From: an uncultured SAR116 cluster alpha proteobacterium
GTDB lineage: Bacteria > Pseudomonadota > Alphaproteobacteria > Puniceispirillales > Marisalimonadaceae
DNA: 64,000 nt
NCBI GenBank assembly: GCA_902619805.1
Contig: CACNGC010000002.1
Coordinates: 19,538 to 83,537 of the forward strand
Direction of reading: 5' to 3'
Positions 27,313-37,165 of this stretch are shown here, in pieces. The position numbers and the translations under genes were made by a program. The stretch's first letter is position 1, and every line of letters starts with the position of its first letter. The notes under the pieces are model-generated. The model did not search any database, was not told where the DNA came from, and saw only the letters and a list, made by a program, of their open reading frames with translations.

Positions 27313-28059
27313 ATGAATAACTACTTAAACAAAACATATATAATCTTAGATAGAGAATTAAAGGGATATTTTAGAACTCCGTTAGCATCAATTTTTTTGC
27401 TTGTCTTTTTAGCTTTATCTTCAGGTATGACATTCTTTTTGGGAAGGTTTTTTGAGAGAGATCAGGCTGATTTAACGGCATTTTTTTCATGGCATCCTTG
27501 GCTATTCCTTGTATTAATGCCAGCTATCGGTATGAGATTATGGGCTGAAGAAAGAAGGTCAGGTACAATTGAGTTGTTAATAACTTTACCTGTTACTAAT
27601 ACACAGTTAGTCGTTGGTAAATTTTTAGCAAGTTGGATTTTTACTCTGATTGCCCTTATTCTAACAATGCCCATTTGGATAACAGTCAATTATTTGGGTG
27701 AACCAGATAATCATGTTATTTTAATATCCTACTTTGGTAGCTGGTTAATGGCAGGAGCTTTTTTAGCTCTTACTTCTTGCCTGTCGGCGCTAACCAAAAA
27801 TCAAGTCATAGCATTTATAATATCATCCATTAGTGGTTTTGTACTTATAATGGCTGGCTTTAATCTAGTTTTATCAGCTGTAAGGTCATGGTCACCAAAT
27901 TGGATTACAGAAACAATTAGCTCAATGTCGTTTTTATCACATTTTAGTAGGATACAAATGGGTGTTTTTGATTTAAGTACTCTGGTCTTCTTTATTTCAA
28001 TGATAATTTTATGTCTTTGGATAAACGTACAGCTCGTTCAAGTTAAAAAAGCAGATTGA
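27313..28059 (+). CDS. ABC-2 family permease (GldF-like)
   Basis: 248 aa with 6 hydrophobic segments. It directly follows the ATPase. Confidence 0.8.
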   Translation: MNNYLNKTYIILDRELKGYFRTPLASIFLLVFLALSSGMTFFLGRFFERDQADLTAFFSWHPWLFLVLMPAIGMRLWAEERRSGTIELLITLPVTNTQLVVGKFLASWIFTLIALILTMPIWITVNYLGEPDNHVILISYFGSWLMAGAFLALTSCLSALTKNQVIAFIISSISGFVLIMAGFNLVLSAVRSWSPNWITETISSMSFLSHFSRIQMGVFDLSTLVFFISMIILCLWINVQLVQVKKAD

Positions 28060-28066
28060 GGTTAAA

Positions 28067-29875
28067 ATGGACTTTTTAAATAAGATAAGACCTAAAAATC
28101 TTGTTAAATTATCAATATTATTTTCTGTAATTATATTTCTTTGTGTAAATATAATTACGAACAATGTCTTTGATTCATCAAGGATAGACTTTACAGAAAA
28201 AAAACTTTACTCCTTATCTAATAGCACAACTGATCTCCTTAAAAATTTGAGTGAGCCAATACATGTGAGGCTTTTTGTATCAGGAAATTTGGTTAAAGAA
28301 GTACCTCAGCTTTCCACATATGCAAACAGAGTTGAGGCTATACTCAAAGCTTACAGCGATATATCTAATGGAAAAATAACATTAGAAGTGATTGATCCAA
28401 AACCTTTCTCAGATGAAGAAGATAGAGCTGTTGGAATGGGTATAAACTCATTTTCTGCAACAGAAATGTCAGATGCATTATATTTTGGACTAGCAGCTAC
28501 AAATTCAACTACAGGGCAAAAAAATATACCTATTTTTTCTCCAGAAAGAGAAACTTTCCTTGAATATGATCTTTCAAGTTTAATTTCAGAATTAAGCCAG
28601 ATTCAAAAACCAGTAGTAAGTATTCTTGATAACCTTGGACTAATGGCAGACAGTAGAATTGGAAAACCAGAACAACAAATTTTAAAACAAATGAACGAAA
28701 TGTTTAAAGTTGAAATGGTTAGTGAAAGCGATAATAAGCTTAATGAAAACACAAAAGTTCTTATGATTATTCATCCAAAGTTTTTATCGGATGAGACTTT
28801 ATATATGATAGATCAGTGGGTTCTTAAGGGAGGATCAACTTTAATATTTTTAGACCCTTATGCTGAAACAGAGATTAGCAGACAACCGGGCATGCCACCA
28901 ATGAACCCAAGATCAAATCTAAAAAAATTATTAGATACATGGGGAATAAAATTTGATAATAAAAAAACTGTCTTAGACTCAGAATTTGGTTTCAAGATCA
29001 CCAGGAACATTGATGGTCGCGATATACAAGTTACCAACTACCCTTGGTTAAATATTAGGGGAGATGGCTTGAATAAAAACGAAGGTTCATTATCAAATTT
29101 AAGCACAATTGTTATGACTACCGCTGGCTCATTAGAAAAAGCCAACAAAGACACAGTTTTTGAACCAATTATTACCACTAGTAGAAAATCTGGTTTAGGT
29201 GATGCACAAAAAGCAGGAGATCCTAAAAATGACCCAAGAGATTTTTTATCAACCATAAAGTCTGATAACGATAATTTAATTTTAGCAGGATGGATAAAAA
29301 CAAATCTCAAATCATCATTTAGTAAAAAAGATGGACAACTTTTAAAATCCCAAAATAAATCAAACATCCTTTTAGTTTCTGATGCTGATATGTTGATGGA
29401 TCGAAATTGGTTAACGCAACGAGGTGCTTTTGCTAACAATGGAGACTTTGTTTTAAATGTAGTTGAACAAATGGTTGGTGGTAATGCCTTATCCGATCTA
29501 AGAGGTAAGAGCACATCATGGCGTCCATTTGATAAAATAATTGAATTAGAAAAAATTGCTGAAGAAAAATTTCTTTTAGAAGAACAAAGACTAGCTAAAC
29601 AATTAAAAGAAATGGAAAATGAAATTAGAGATTTAACGCAAAATAATGACAACAACTCAGATGTCTTATCTCCTGAAACCATTCAGGCGATTGATGGTTT
29701 TAAAGCAGAAATGATGTCAACAAGATCACAGTTAAGGAGTGTTAAATTTGATCTTAGAAGAGATGTTGAAAATTTAAAACGATGGGTTATAGCTTTAAAC
29801 GTAGCAATAATTCCCATAATTTTTGCAGGCCTGGCATTAATTATATCTTTAAGAAGAAAAAAATTATTCTACTAA
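28067..29875 (+). CDS. GldG-like ABC-transporter auxiliary component (large periplasmic protein bracketed by TM helices)
   Basis: 602 aa with an N-terminal TM and a C-terminal TM (IALNVAIIPIIFAGLALIISL). A coiled-coil-like segment precedes the C-terminal anchor. The architecture and the position after an ABC-2 pair match the GldG family. Confidence 0.7.
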   Translation: MDFLNKIRPKNLVKLSILFSVIIFLCVNIITNNVFDSSRIDFTEKKLYSLSNSTTDLLKNLSEPIHVRLFVSGNLVKEVPQLSTYANRVEAILKAYSDISNGKITLEVIDPKPFSDEEDRAVGMGINSFSATEMSDALYFGLAATNSTTGQKNIPIFSPERETFLEYDLSSLISELSQIQKPVVSILDNLGLMADSRIGKPEQQILKQMNEMFKVEMVSESDNKLNENTKVLMIIHPKFLSDETLYMIDQWVLKGGSTLIFLDPYAETEISRQPGMPPMNPRSNLKKLLDTWGIKFDNKKTVLDSEFGFKITRNIDGRDIQVTNYPWLNIRGDGLNKNEGSLSNLSTIVMTTAGSLEKANKDTVFEPIITTSRKSGLGDAQKAGDPKNDPRDFLSTIKSDNDNLILAGWIKTNLKSSFSKKDGQLLKSQNKSNILLVSDADMLMDRNWLTQRGAFANNGDFVLNVVEQMVGGNALSDLRGKSTSWRPFDKIIELEKIAEEKFLLEEQRLAKQLKEMENEIRDLTQNNDNNSDVLSPETIQAIDGFKAEMMSTRSQLRSVKFDLRRDVENLKRWVIALNVAIIPIIFAGLALIISLRRKKLFY

Positions 29876-29895
29876 AATAAATTTTTGGATAAATA

Positions 29896-30924
29896 ATGAC
29901 TAAAAAAAGATTTTTAAACATATCAATAACAACTGCAGCATTAGTTGTTTTAGCAATTATTTCAATAAACCTTAATACAAGTAATTATGGTTTTGAAAAT
30001 AGAGATAAGTTATTTTTAGATAACTTCACCAAAAATGTTAATGATATTACAACAATATCAATTAATTCTTTTGAAAATAATATTAATTTAGTTAAACAAA
30101 ATAATAGTTATATATCAGAGTCAGGCTATCCACTTAAAAAAGGATTGTGGGAAAATTTGATTACAAGTTTATCTTTGTTAAGAATTGAAGAGTTGAAAAC
30201 AAATGACCCATCTAGGCACTCACAACTAAATCTGCTTCTTCCTGAACAAAATAAAAGTAAAGATGAGGACGAAGGTTATGGTACAAAAATCACATTAAAG
30301 AAAGACGGAACTATTTTTTCTTCAATACTATTTGGGATGGTAGATAGAAGTGTTGGTGGAATAAGTGGAGGTCAGTTTGCTAGATTTCCAAATGAAGATC
30401 AGACATACCTTCTTAAAGGTGCAATTAGGATGCCTACAACAAAATCTGATTGGTTTGAAAGTTTGCTTTTATCTATTAAAAAGGATGATGTTCAAAAAAT
30501 TAACTTAAGTAATAAAAATGGAATAATTGAAATTCAATCCAAAGACGATAAATTGAGTCTGACGATGCCAAAATCTGTAAAATTTAAAATTGACGATACA
30601 CAACTAAGTGATGCAAGAGACGTAATTAATAGCTTTTATTTTTATGATGTCAAAAAATCCACGCAAAATTATTCAAAAAATTTACCCACGTTGTCGTATG
30701 AAGTTAAAGACGGATTAATCTTAACAATATCCTCTGTTAACCCTGAAGATGGAGGAGAAAGTTGGGTAATTATTAATGCAAAGTCTAATGACAAGAAATC
30801 AGAAAAAATGGCTCAAGAAATAACAAAAAAAACTAAAGGCTATGAATTTTTAGCCAACATAATTACTAGCGATATTTTAAGATGGAACCTTAAAGATCTT
30901 GCGGCAAAAGATAAAAAATCTTAA
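29896..30924 (+). CDS. DUF4340-like membrane-anchored protein commonly found after gldG-like genes
   Basis: 342 aa with a single N-terminal TM. Its position is typical of DUF4340. The family call is from context and general resemblance only. Confidence 0.5.
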   Translation: MTKKRFLNISITTAALVVLAIISINLNTSNYGFENRDKLFLDNFTKNVNDITTISINSFENNINLVKQNNSYISESGYPLKKGLWENLITSLSLLRIEELKTNDPSRHSQLNLLLPEQNKSKDEDEGYGTKITLKKDGTIFSSILFGMVDRSVGGISGGQFARFPNEDQTYLLKGAIRMPTTKSDWFESLLLSIKKDDVQKINLSNKNGIIEIQSKDDKLSLTMPKSVKFKIDDTQLSDARDVINSFYFYDVKKSTQNYSKNLPTLSYEVKDGLILTISSVNPEDGGESWVIINAKSNDKKSEKMAQEITKKTKGYEFLANIITSDILRWNLKDLAAKDKKS

Positions 30925-32129
30925 TAAGACCTCGGCATTCCTAAAACATGCTCAGCTAAATAAGATAAAATTAAATTGGTTGATATTGGAGCCACTTGAT
31001 ACAACCTAGCCTCTCTAAACTTTCTCTCTACGTCATATTCCTCTGCAAACCCAAATCCACCATGAGTTTGAACGCATGCTTCTGCTGCTGCCCATGACGC
31101 ATCCGCTGCAAGTAATTTGGCTGTATTAGCCTCTTCTCCTATGGGCTTCCCGGCTTCATAAAGCCTTGCTGCGTGGTATACCATTAATTCAGCTGCTTTC
31201 ATTTGCGCATATGCCCTTGCTATTGGGAATTGAATACCTTGATTCTGACCAATTGCTCTTCCGAAAATATTTCTATCATTAGCATAATTTGTGGATTTTT
31301 TAGTAAACCATTTAGCATCCCCTATGCACTCTGCAGCTATGAGGATTCTTTCTGCATTCATGCCAGATAAAATATATCTAAAACCTTTATTTTCTTCGCC
31401 AACAAGGTTTGAGGCTGGTATTCTTAAATTATCAAAAAATACTTCAGTTGTAGAATGGTTCATCATTGTTCGTATTGGTCTAATTGTAAGCCCATTACCT
31501 TTTGCTTTTCTCATATCTAAGAGAAAAACAGAAAGACCTTCCGTTTTCTTTTTAACTTCATTTAAGGGTGTTGTCCTTGCTAAGAGCAACATTAAATCTG
31601 AGTGTTCTGCTCTGCTTGTCCAAATTTTTTGACCGTTAATCACAAAATCATCACCATCACGAACTGCTACTGTACGCAAACTTGTTGTATCTGTGCCACT
31701 TGTTGGTTCTGTTACACCAAACGCTTGTAATCTTAAAGATCCATCAGCTATTTTTGGTAAATATTCTTGTTTTTGTTCAGGAGAGCCGTGTCTAAGAACG
31801 GTTCCCATAGTATACATTTGCGCATGACATGCTGCGGCATTGCATCCTTGATGATGAATTTCTTCTAAAATAACCGAGGCAGCTACCATTCCTAAACCAA
31901 CACCTCCATATTCTTCTGGTATAAGGGCTCCTAAAAAACCAGCATCAGTTAATGCTTTGACAAATTCTGTTGGATAAGCTTGTTCTCTATCAAGTTTTCG
32001 CCAATATTCTCCTTGAAAATCTCCACATAGTTTAGCTACAGAGTCTCTAACCTCTGTTATCATTTCATCATTAGAAACAGAATTTTCTACTTGAATGGTG
32101 GTGTCTGGCATATTGGTCCTCATTTGCAC
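30921..32129 (-). CDS. Acyl-CoA dehydrogenase family protein
   Basis: 402 aa. Motifs: TEPTSGTD, QKIWTS, ...IGQNQGIQFPIA... and THGGFGFAEEYDVERKFRE. The ORF opens with GTG at 32129; in-frame ATGs lie at 32123 and 32111. The stop overlaps the convergent gene's stop (TTAA). Confidence 0.9.
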   Translation of the reverse strand: MQMRTNMPDTTIQVENSVSNDEMITEVRDSVAKLCGDFQGEYWRKLDREQAYPTEFVKALTDAGFLGALIPEEYGGVGLGMVAASVILEEIHHQGCNAAACHAQMYTMGTVLRHGSPEQKQEYLPKIADGSLRLQAFGVTEPTSGTDTTSLRTVAVRDGDDFVINGQKIWTSRAEHSDLMLLLARTTPLNEVKKKTEGLSVFLLDMRKAKGNGLTIRPIRTMMNHSTTEVFFDNLRIPASNLVGEENKGFRYILSGMNAERILIAAECIGDAKWFTKKSTNYANDRNIFGRAIGQNQGIQFPIARAYAQMKAAELMVYHAARLYEAGKPIGEEANTAKLLAADASWAAAEACVQTHGGFGFAEEYDVERKFREARLYQVAPISTNLILSYLAEHVLGMPRSY

Positions 32130-32245
32130 ATGAATTTAAATTTTATATATATAAATTTATTTATATATTACTAGCTTATTTATATTAATTAATATTAATT
32201 TAAATAACTAAAAATTGATAATCAATAAATACTTTGGAGATTAAA

Positions 32246-32662
32246 ATGAAGTTAGAATTCCACCACATTAACTTTGTATCTAAAGATGTAGACAAAATGA
32301 ATGATTTTTATAAAAACATTTTGTGTATGGATAGCATTCCTATTGAAAACTTTCCCAGAACAGAAGAAACAGCTGATAGTGGATATAGTGGAAAAATAAA
32401 TTTTGTTACTGAGGGTAAAATAGAGATGCATTTAGCTGAGAGAGACTTAAATGTTGCTTTTAAAAACAACCAAACAATTAACCCTGTTGATCAAGGGCAT
32501 ATAGCATTTAGAACAAATGATATTAAGTCATTTCTAAAAAAATTAAGGGATAATAATATACCCTTTTCAGACTACGGAACTACTTTTGCTAGAGAATGGC
32601 ACCAAGTTTTCTTTCAAGATCCAGAGGGTAATGTCATTGAAGTCCATCAAAAAATTTCATAA
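32246..32662 (+). CDS. VOC/glyoxalase-bleomycin resistance-dioxygenase superfamily protein
   Basis: About 138 aa. HHINF...HIAF...DPEGNVIEV is the VOC metal-ligand pattern. ATG at 32246, preceded by GGAG, is preferred over the TTG at 32234. Confidence 0.75.
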   Translation: MKLEFHHINFVSKDVDKMNDFYKNILCMDSIPIENFPRTEETADSGYSGKINFVTEGKIEMHLAERDLNVAFKNNQTINPVDQGHIAFRTNDIKSFLKKLRDNNIPFSDYGTTFAREWHQVFFQDPEGNVIEVHQKIS

Positions 32663-32670
32663 CAACTTAA

Positions 32671-33903
32671 ATGATTAAAGAATGTTTTAAAAATCGAGAC
32701 TTTAGAGTTCTTTGGGGCGCAGGTGGAATGACGGGCATTGCAAGAGCAATGGAGTTTTTAGCACTAAGTTTATACGCACTGCAAGAGCTCGGACTTCCAT
32801 ATTTAGTTACGATAATTTTTGCAGCAAGAATGTTGCCTATGAGCCTCTTAGGAATAATAATAGGTACTATCTCAGAAAGAATATCACCATTGTTATTAAT
32901 TAAAATTATTTATTCTTTATCTAATATTTTCACTGCGACAAGCGTAATATTAGTCATTACAAATAATTTTAATGTTTATTTTGCATTTACTCTTGCATTT
33001 ATAAATGGAATTACTTGGGTTGTAGATCTTGCTGTTAGAAGACGTGTATTAGCAGAGAATATTAAAAAAAATCTTTTAAGTTCTTCTCTTGCAATGGAAA
33101 CTCTTTCTAACAACGCAACACGGTTAATTGGACCTCTTTGTGCTGGATCTTTATATGCTTTTGTAGGTTTATCAGGTATTTTTTGTCTTCAATTATTGAT
33201 GTATATTTTTGCGCTCGGATTAATATTTAGATTTAAAGATAATACAAATAATAAAAAGTTTTCAACCTCTTCAAACAAAATAGTTTTAAACATCAAAGAG
33301 CATTGGGCACATGGACTTTTAGGTGAAATCTTAAAAACTAGTAAAAATGCTTATAATTTAATTAGTTTAAGGTTTGTATTAATAACCACCCTAATTTTTA
33401 ATGTTTTTGGTTTTCCATTAGTTTCGTTAATACCTGTATTAGGAAGAGAAAAGCTAATGTTATCTGAATTTAATATTGGCATTCTGGCATCATCAGAAGG
33501 TTTAGGAGCACTTATTGGTGCCTTACTCATTGGAAATATTTCACCTCAAAAATATCTTTCTTTAATTTTCATTACTGGTGTGGGAGGTTTCTTTTTTGGT
33601 ATGTATTTGTTTTCTTATTCACCTAACTTATTAATAGCTTTTATAAGTTTAACTTGTGGAGGGATCTTTCTTTCAGGGTTCAGCACAATGCAAGGCGCAT
33701 TAGTATACCAGGCCTCAACAACTTCTAGGGGTAATAACTTTGGTATATTAGTAACTTGTATTGGAACAGCCCCACTTGGATTGATTAACTTGTCGTGGAT
33801 AATAACACTAATCCCAGTTGACCAAACCCTTCGAATAAACGTGTATCTAGGTTTAATATGTCTTATTGCAACTGGCTTTTATTTTTTAATTAAGAAAAGC
33901 TAA
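32671..33903 (+). CDS. MFS transporter
   Basis: 410 aa with about 12 hydrophobic segments. Substrate unknown. Confidence 0.75.
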   Translation: MIKECFKNRDFRVLWGAGGMTGIARAMEFLALSLYALQELGLPYLVTIIFAARMLPMSLLGIIIGTISERISPLLLIKIIYSLSNIFTATSVILVITNNFNVYFAFTLAFINGITWVVDLAVRRRVLAENIKKNLLSSSLAMETLSNNATRLIGPLCAGSLYAFVGLSGIFCLQLLMYIFALGLIFRFKDNTNNKKFSTSSNKIVLNIKEHWAHGLLGEILKTSKNAYNLISLRFVLITTLIFNVFGFPLVSLIPVLGREKLMLSEFNIGILASSEGLGALIGALLIGNISPQKYLSLIFITGVGGFFFGMYLFSYSPNLLIAFISLTCGGIFLSGFSTMQGALVYQASTTSRGNNFGILVTCIGTAPLGLINLSWIITLIPVDQTLRINVYLGLICLIATGFYFLIKKS

Positions 33904-33912
33904 ATTATTCAA

Positions 33913-35811
33913 TTAGTTGGGTATGGCCTTTAATAAAAATTGGTTCATTATCTTACTAAATTGTGCAGGGTCAGCTGGCATCTTACCTTCCATTAGCCTT
34001 GCTTGTTCAAATAAAAGCGTTCCAGCATCACTTACTAAATCATTACTTTCTTTTTTACTTAGAAGGGATTTCATATTTTTGATTAAAGAATGATCTCCAT
34101 TAATTTCTAATATTCTCGGTGCTCCTTTATAGTTGGAGTCTCTTTGAGCCATTAATTGTTCCATGGCTATATCCATATCACCCTCGTCTGCTACTAGACA
34201 TACTGGACTATCTGTCAATTTAGAGGATAACCTAATGTCTTTGACTTGATCTCCCAAAACAACTTTTAGTTGAGCGATTAAATCTACATACTCTTTGTCT
34301 TGTTTATCTTTATCATTATTAGACTTATTTTTTTTATCTTTATTTTTTGAGTCTAATTCATCTAAATTTATTTTACCTTGAGTGATTGATGTAAATTTCT
34401 TTTCTTTAAAAGATCCAACCATTGGTAACCAAAATTGATCTATTGCATCTGTCATTATTAGCACTGGTATGTTTTTTGATTTAAAACCTTCTAAATGCGG
34501 ACTAGCTAAGGCTTGAGCGCTTGTTTCAGCTGAAATGTAATAAATTTCTTTTTGTGTATCAGGCATTTTATCTAAATATTGTGATAGAGATATTGGATCT
34601 TCACTTTCATTAGTCGAAAACCTACATAAATCTAACAATGTTTCTTTTCTTTCTGCATCCTCATATAAACCTTCTTTAAGAACGGCTCCATATTCTTTCC
34701 AGAAGTTCTTATAACCATCCAAATCTTTTTCACTAACTTTTTTAAGCTCTCTTAGTATTTTACCTACTAAAGATTTGCTAATTTTTGTAACAGCAGGATT
34801 ATTTTGAAGCATTTCTCTACTAACATTCAAATCTATATCTTGCGTATCAACAAGTCCTTTTATAAATCTTAGATAACTAGGTATCAATGCATCGCATTTA
34901 TCAGTTATGAAAACTCTATTAATATATAATTTCAGAGAAGATTTTCTGTCAGGATTAAATAAATCAAAGGGTCTAGTAGATGGTATGCATATAAGATTAG
35001 TATAACTAATTGTTCCTTCTGTATTATTATGCATTGTTAAGAGAGGTTTTCCAAAGCCTGCACCTATATGAGAGAAAAACTCTTGATATTGTTCATCTTT
35101 AATTTCTTTAGCAGGACGAGTCCATAGGGCAGAGGCTTCATTTAATGTTTTAATTTCAGTGTCTTTTTTATCTATTTGATTTAATTTTACAGGATAAGAA
35201 ATATGATCTGAATACTTCCTAACAATAAATTGAAGTCTAGCTTCTTCAAGAAATTCTTTTGCATCTTTTTTAAGTTTTAATAAGATAGATGTTCCAAAAT
35301 TATCTTTGTCAGCTTTATCTAAGTTAAATCCAGTTTTACCATCAGAAGACCATTTCCAAGCTTGGCTTTCACCTGCTTTCCTTGATAATACTTCAACGTC
35401 GTCAGCTACCATAAATGAAGCATAAAAACCAACACCAAATTGACCAATCATTGACATATCAGTCTTTTTATCTTTACTGTTTTTTGAAATTTGTTCTAAA
35501 AAAGCTTTTGTTCCTGATCTAGCTATTGTTCCTAATGATGACTTGAGGTCATCTTCATTCATGCCGATACCATTATCAGTAATAGTTAGAGTTTTTTCTT
35601 TATTATCGACTTCAATAATTATTTCTGGTGTTTCTGATGAATCAGCAATTTTTTTATCAGTCAAACCAAGGTATTTTCTTTTGTCTAGAGCGTCTGAAGC
35701 GTTTGAGATCAACTCACGTAAAAATATTTCTCTTTCTGAATATAGTGAATTAATAACTATATCTAATATTTTCCCAGTATCAGCTTCAAACTTATTGTTC
35801 ATATTAGTCAT
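33913..35811 (-). CDS. htpG: Molecular chaperone HtpG (Hsp90)
   Basis: 632 aa. Motifs: FLRELISNASDALDK, GIGM and IGQFGVGFYASF. Confidence 0.97.
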   Translation of the reverse strand: MTNMNNKFEADTGKILDIVINSLYSEREIFLRELISNASDALDKRKYLGLTDKKIADSSETPEIIIEVDNKEKTLTITDNGIGMNEDDLKSSLGTIARSGTKAFLEQISKNSKDKKTDMSMIGQFGVGFYASFMVADDVEVLSRKAGESQAWKWSSDGKTGFNLDKADKDNFGTSILLKLKKDAKEFLEEARLQFIVRKYSDHISYPVKLNQIDKKDTEIKTLNEASALWTRPAKEIKDEQYQEFFSHIGAGFGKPLLTMHNNTEGTISYTNLICIPSTRPFDLFNPDRKSSLKLYINRVFITDKCDALIPSYLRFIKGLVDTQDIDLNVSREMLQNNPAVTKISKSLVGKILRELKKVSEKDLDGYKNFWKEYGAVLKEGLYEDAERKETLLDLCRFSTNESEDPISLSQYLDKMPDTQKEIYYISAETSAQALASPHLEGFKSKNIPVLIMTDAIDQFWLPMVGSFKEKKFTSITQGKINLDELDSKNKDKKNKSNNDKDKQDKEYVDLIAQLKVVLGDQVKDIRLSSKLTDSPVCLVADEGDMDIAMEQLMAQRDSNYKGAPRILEINGDHSLIKNMKSLLSKKESNDLVSDAGTLLFEQARLMEGKMPADPAQFSKIMNQFLLKAIPN

Positions 35812-35848
35812 AAGAATTACCCTAATTGGTGTTGTTTATTATATTTGT

Positions 35849-35877
35849 AAATTGGTGATTCCTGATAATTTTTCAAG
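35849..35877 (-). promoter_or_regulatory. Candidate RpoH (sigma-32) heat-shock promoter of htpG
   Basis: The minus strand reads CTTG-N18-CCAATTT (CTTG = complement of 35874-35877; CCAATTT = complement of 35849-35855). This matches 6/7 of the -10 of the alphaproteobacterial RpoH consensus CTTG-N17-18-CYTATNT. The -10 element lies about 38 nt upstream of the htpG ATG. Confidence 0.5.
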
Positions 35878-35973
35878 AGTAAAATTTATATTTTTAACTT
35901 CATTAAAAGTCTATGAATTTACTTATATAAATAATCGTAAATAAGTTTAAAAAACTATTCTGAATTTGGGTTA

Positions 35974-36750
35974 TTATTGAGAATAATTAGACTTTTCTTG
36001 ATCAAGAATAAGTTTTATCTCTCTTAAAAAAGCAGTTCCCGCAGGATTGGGATATTCTTCATTTTCTAATTCCTGAGCAGTTTTCTCAGCAATAACATCA
36101 TCTAATATGCTTAGTGTTTTTCCAGTTTGAAGAGCTTGCACATATATTTTAGCTGCTCTTTCAAAATAAAATAGTCTATTGAAAGTTTCAGCAACATTTT
36201 GCCCAAATATTAATATTCCATGATTGCCCATTATAAAAGTATGTTTTTTGGGATCGGAGAGTAAATCTGCACACCTTTTACCTTCCTCTTCAAAGGCCAA
36301 GCCCCCATAATTTTTATCTACTACCTGCCTGTTGAAAAACATAGATGCAACTTGATTAATTGGAGGTAAAGTACATTCATCAATAGAAGCTAAAGTTGTT
36401 GCATAAACTGAGTGAACATGCATTATGCATTTTGCGTGTGGACATAATTTATGAATAGCTCCATGTAATCCCCATGCTGTTGCATCTGGTGGATTATCTG
36501 CTGAAAGAACTGACTTATCATCAACATTTAATAATAATAAATCAGAAGCCTTTATCCTTGAGAAATGCCACATATTTGGATTCATTAAAAATTGAGTGCC
36601 CTCTGGATTTACTGCAAGACTGAAGTGATTAGCTACTGCTTCATGCAAATTAATTCTTTCTGCCCATCTAAATGCAGCGGCCAAGTCTTTTCGTTCTTCA
36701 AGATAATTATCTTTTGATATATGATTTTCTGTTAGTTTTATTTCATCCAT
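35974..36750 (-). CDS. Class II aldolase/adducin-domain protein
   Basis: 258 aa. The HxH metal motif (IMHVHS) and GNHGILIFG are typical of the class II aldolase/adducin fold. Confidence 0.8.
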   Translation of the reverse strand: MDEIKLTENHISKDNYLEERKDLAAAFRWAERINLHEAVANHFSLAVNPEGTQFLMNPNMWHFSRIKASDLLLLNVDDKSVLSADNPPDATAWGLHGAIHKLCPHAKCIMHVHSVYATTLASIDECTLPPINQVASMFFNRQVVDKNYGGLAFEEEGKRCADLLSDPKKHTFIMGNHGILIFGQNVAETFNRLFYFERAAKIYVQALQTGKTLSILDDVIAEKTAQELENEEYPNPAGTAFLREIKLILDQEKSNYSQ

Positions 36751-36835
36751 CTTATTACACCATAAAAATTTAATTCTCTCATATTGTATTTAAAAAAGTC
36801 AAATAGTATAAACAAAACAAAGTGAAGGAATACAT

Positions 36836-37165
36836 ATGGGATATATTTATCTTTTAATCGCAATTATTGGTGAGGTAATTGGCACCACTCATCTTAAGAG
36901 TACAAATAATTTCACGGAGTTACTACCTACCACCTACGTTGTATTAGGTTTTGGGACAGCTTTTTATTTTATGATGCTTGCTATGAAAACAATTCCAATT
37001 GCTATAGCATATTCAATTTGGGCAGCTATTGGAATTTCTGCAATAACAATTTTAGGCGCATTAAAATATAAAGAGATACCAGATTTATTGGCTATTTTAG
37101 GTCTAGGCCTTATTATTCTTGGAGTAATATTATTGGTTTTTTATAGTAAAATGGGTGCAAATTAA
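36836..37165 (+). CDS. SMR-family small multidrug/quaternary-cation efflux protein (EmrE/QacE-like)
   Basis: 109 aa with 4 TM segments and the conserved membrane Glu in AIIGEVIGTT. Confidence 0.85.
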   Translation: MGYIYLLIAIIGEVIGTTHLKSTNNFTELLPTTYVVLGFGTAFYFMMLAMKTIPIAIAYSIWAAIGISAITILGALKYKEIPDLLAILGLGLIILGVILLVFYSKMGAN

